A DNA stretch of 64,000 nt from Psammoneis japonica (Eukaryota): NCBI GenBank assembly GCA_008632985.1, contig QPGO01000179.1, positions 1 through 64,000 of the forward strand, read 5' to 3'. This document shows, piece by piece, positions 63,585-64,000 of this stretch; position 1 is the first letter of the stretch; each line of letters begins with the position of its first letter. The position numbers and the translations under genes are program-made. Below the pieces are notes generated by a model. The model was not told where the DNA came from, searched no databases, and saw only the letters and a program-made list of their open reading frames with translations.

Positions 63585-64000
63585 ACTCCAGACACCTGTG
63601 AAAGCACATCCACTCAAGTGTTTTGTGCGCAAATGCTGCACACACAAGAGACACATGATTTGCGCTCAAAATTGATTGTTGTTTTGTGCATCACCTGGGG
63701 CTGGAACATGTCTTGGGCATGAAACGAGATGGGCTCATGGGGGTGATTCTCTCCACAACATCTGTGCAAAGATTGGTGCACAGTCTGCACCCGGCTCCCT
63801 TTTCACTGGGGTTTTGCTGCAGGCTGCCAGGGTTGGGGTTGGGGTCAGGGTTGGGGCTTGAGCGGACTGAAGAATTTGCCATGTGTGCAATCAAAAACAG
63901 TTTTGTGTGCTTTGGCATTGGCGACAGAGCATTGCATCAACCATGGCCCCCGGTGCTTGGTCTCACTTCTGGAGTTGGCAGCACAATGTCACAACCTTTC

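Larger units (their letters stand above)
55560..64000. other. heavily TpA-depleted domain to the end of the window
   Basis: TA nearly absent after ~55670. Confidence 0.9.

Noticed and set aside
55698..63729. Shared GGGCATGAAACGAGA at ~55698 and ~63715 as a PBS or LTR pair
   Set aside because: Only 15 bp with no extended flanking similarity; not interpretable.
7700..64000. Classical fungal RIP or plain CpG deamination as the cause of TG/CA excess
   Set aside because: RIP creates TA rather than removing it. CpG decay cannot turn TAY codons or TTAA into TGY/CAY/TTGA, and copia-1 lost TA while keeping CG. CpG decay does contribute in the heavy domains.
1..64000. ADAR-type editing of retroelement RNA
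   Set aside because: Both A->G and T->C occur on the same strand, and DNA transposons, TSDs and an intron-containing gene are affected.
1..64000. Alternative genetic code (Tyr reassigned)
   Set aside because: ANAPC4 uses TAY and TAG normally, and the changes cross codon boundaries and hit non-coding DNA.
1..64000. rRNA or tRNA genes
   Set aside because: No recognisable conserved rRNA segments or cloverleafs seen by eye; tRNAscan was not run.

Overview
Eukaryotic nuclear DNA, most likely a diatom. Evidence: short GT-AG introns, diatom-type (CoDi-like) Ty1/copia elements and diatom-like gene families; the taxon is an inference. The window is a transposon-rich mosaic. It holds one clearly intact conserved gene (ANAPC4, 5 exons, minus strand), three decayed copia retrotransposons, a Plavaka-like TIR element, several nested MITE families, and fragments of host genes (beta-COP, DUF179, a dual-specificity phosphatase, a dynamin, an amino-acid transporter, a BTB protein and a C5 DNA methyltransferase). 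The dominant signal is a set of sharply bounded domains (about 1-3230 lightly; about 7700-19900, 26530-33250, 33700-48300 and 55560-64000 heavily) in which TpA dinucleotides have been converted to TpG or CpA on both strands. Conserved Tyr codons have become Cys/His, Ile has become Thr/Met, Val has become Ala, and TTAA target-site duplications have become TTGA/TCAA. This is the exact reverse of fungal RIP and is separable from CpG decay. It looks like a repeat/heterochromatin-targeted A:T->G:C hypermutation system that I cannot match to a described pathway (no literature search was possible). An unmutated island carries an apparently intact 976-aa gene with TET/JBP-like dioxygenase motifs plus an HhH/aGPT-Pplase-like domain, a candidate thymine-modifying enzyme. 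All dinucleotide statements and domain assignments are by eye, not computed.
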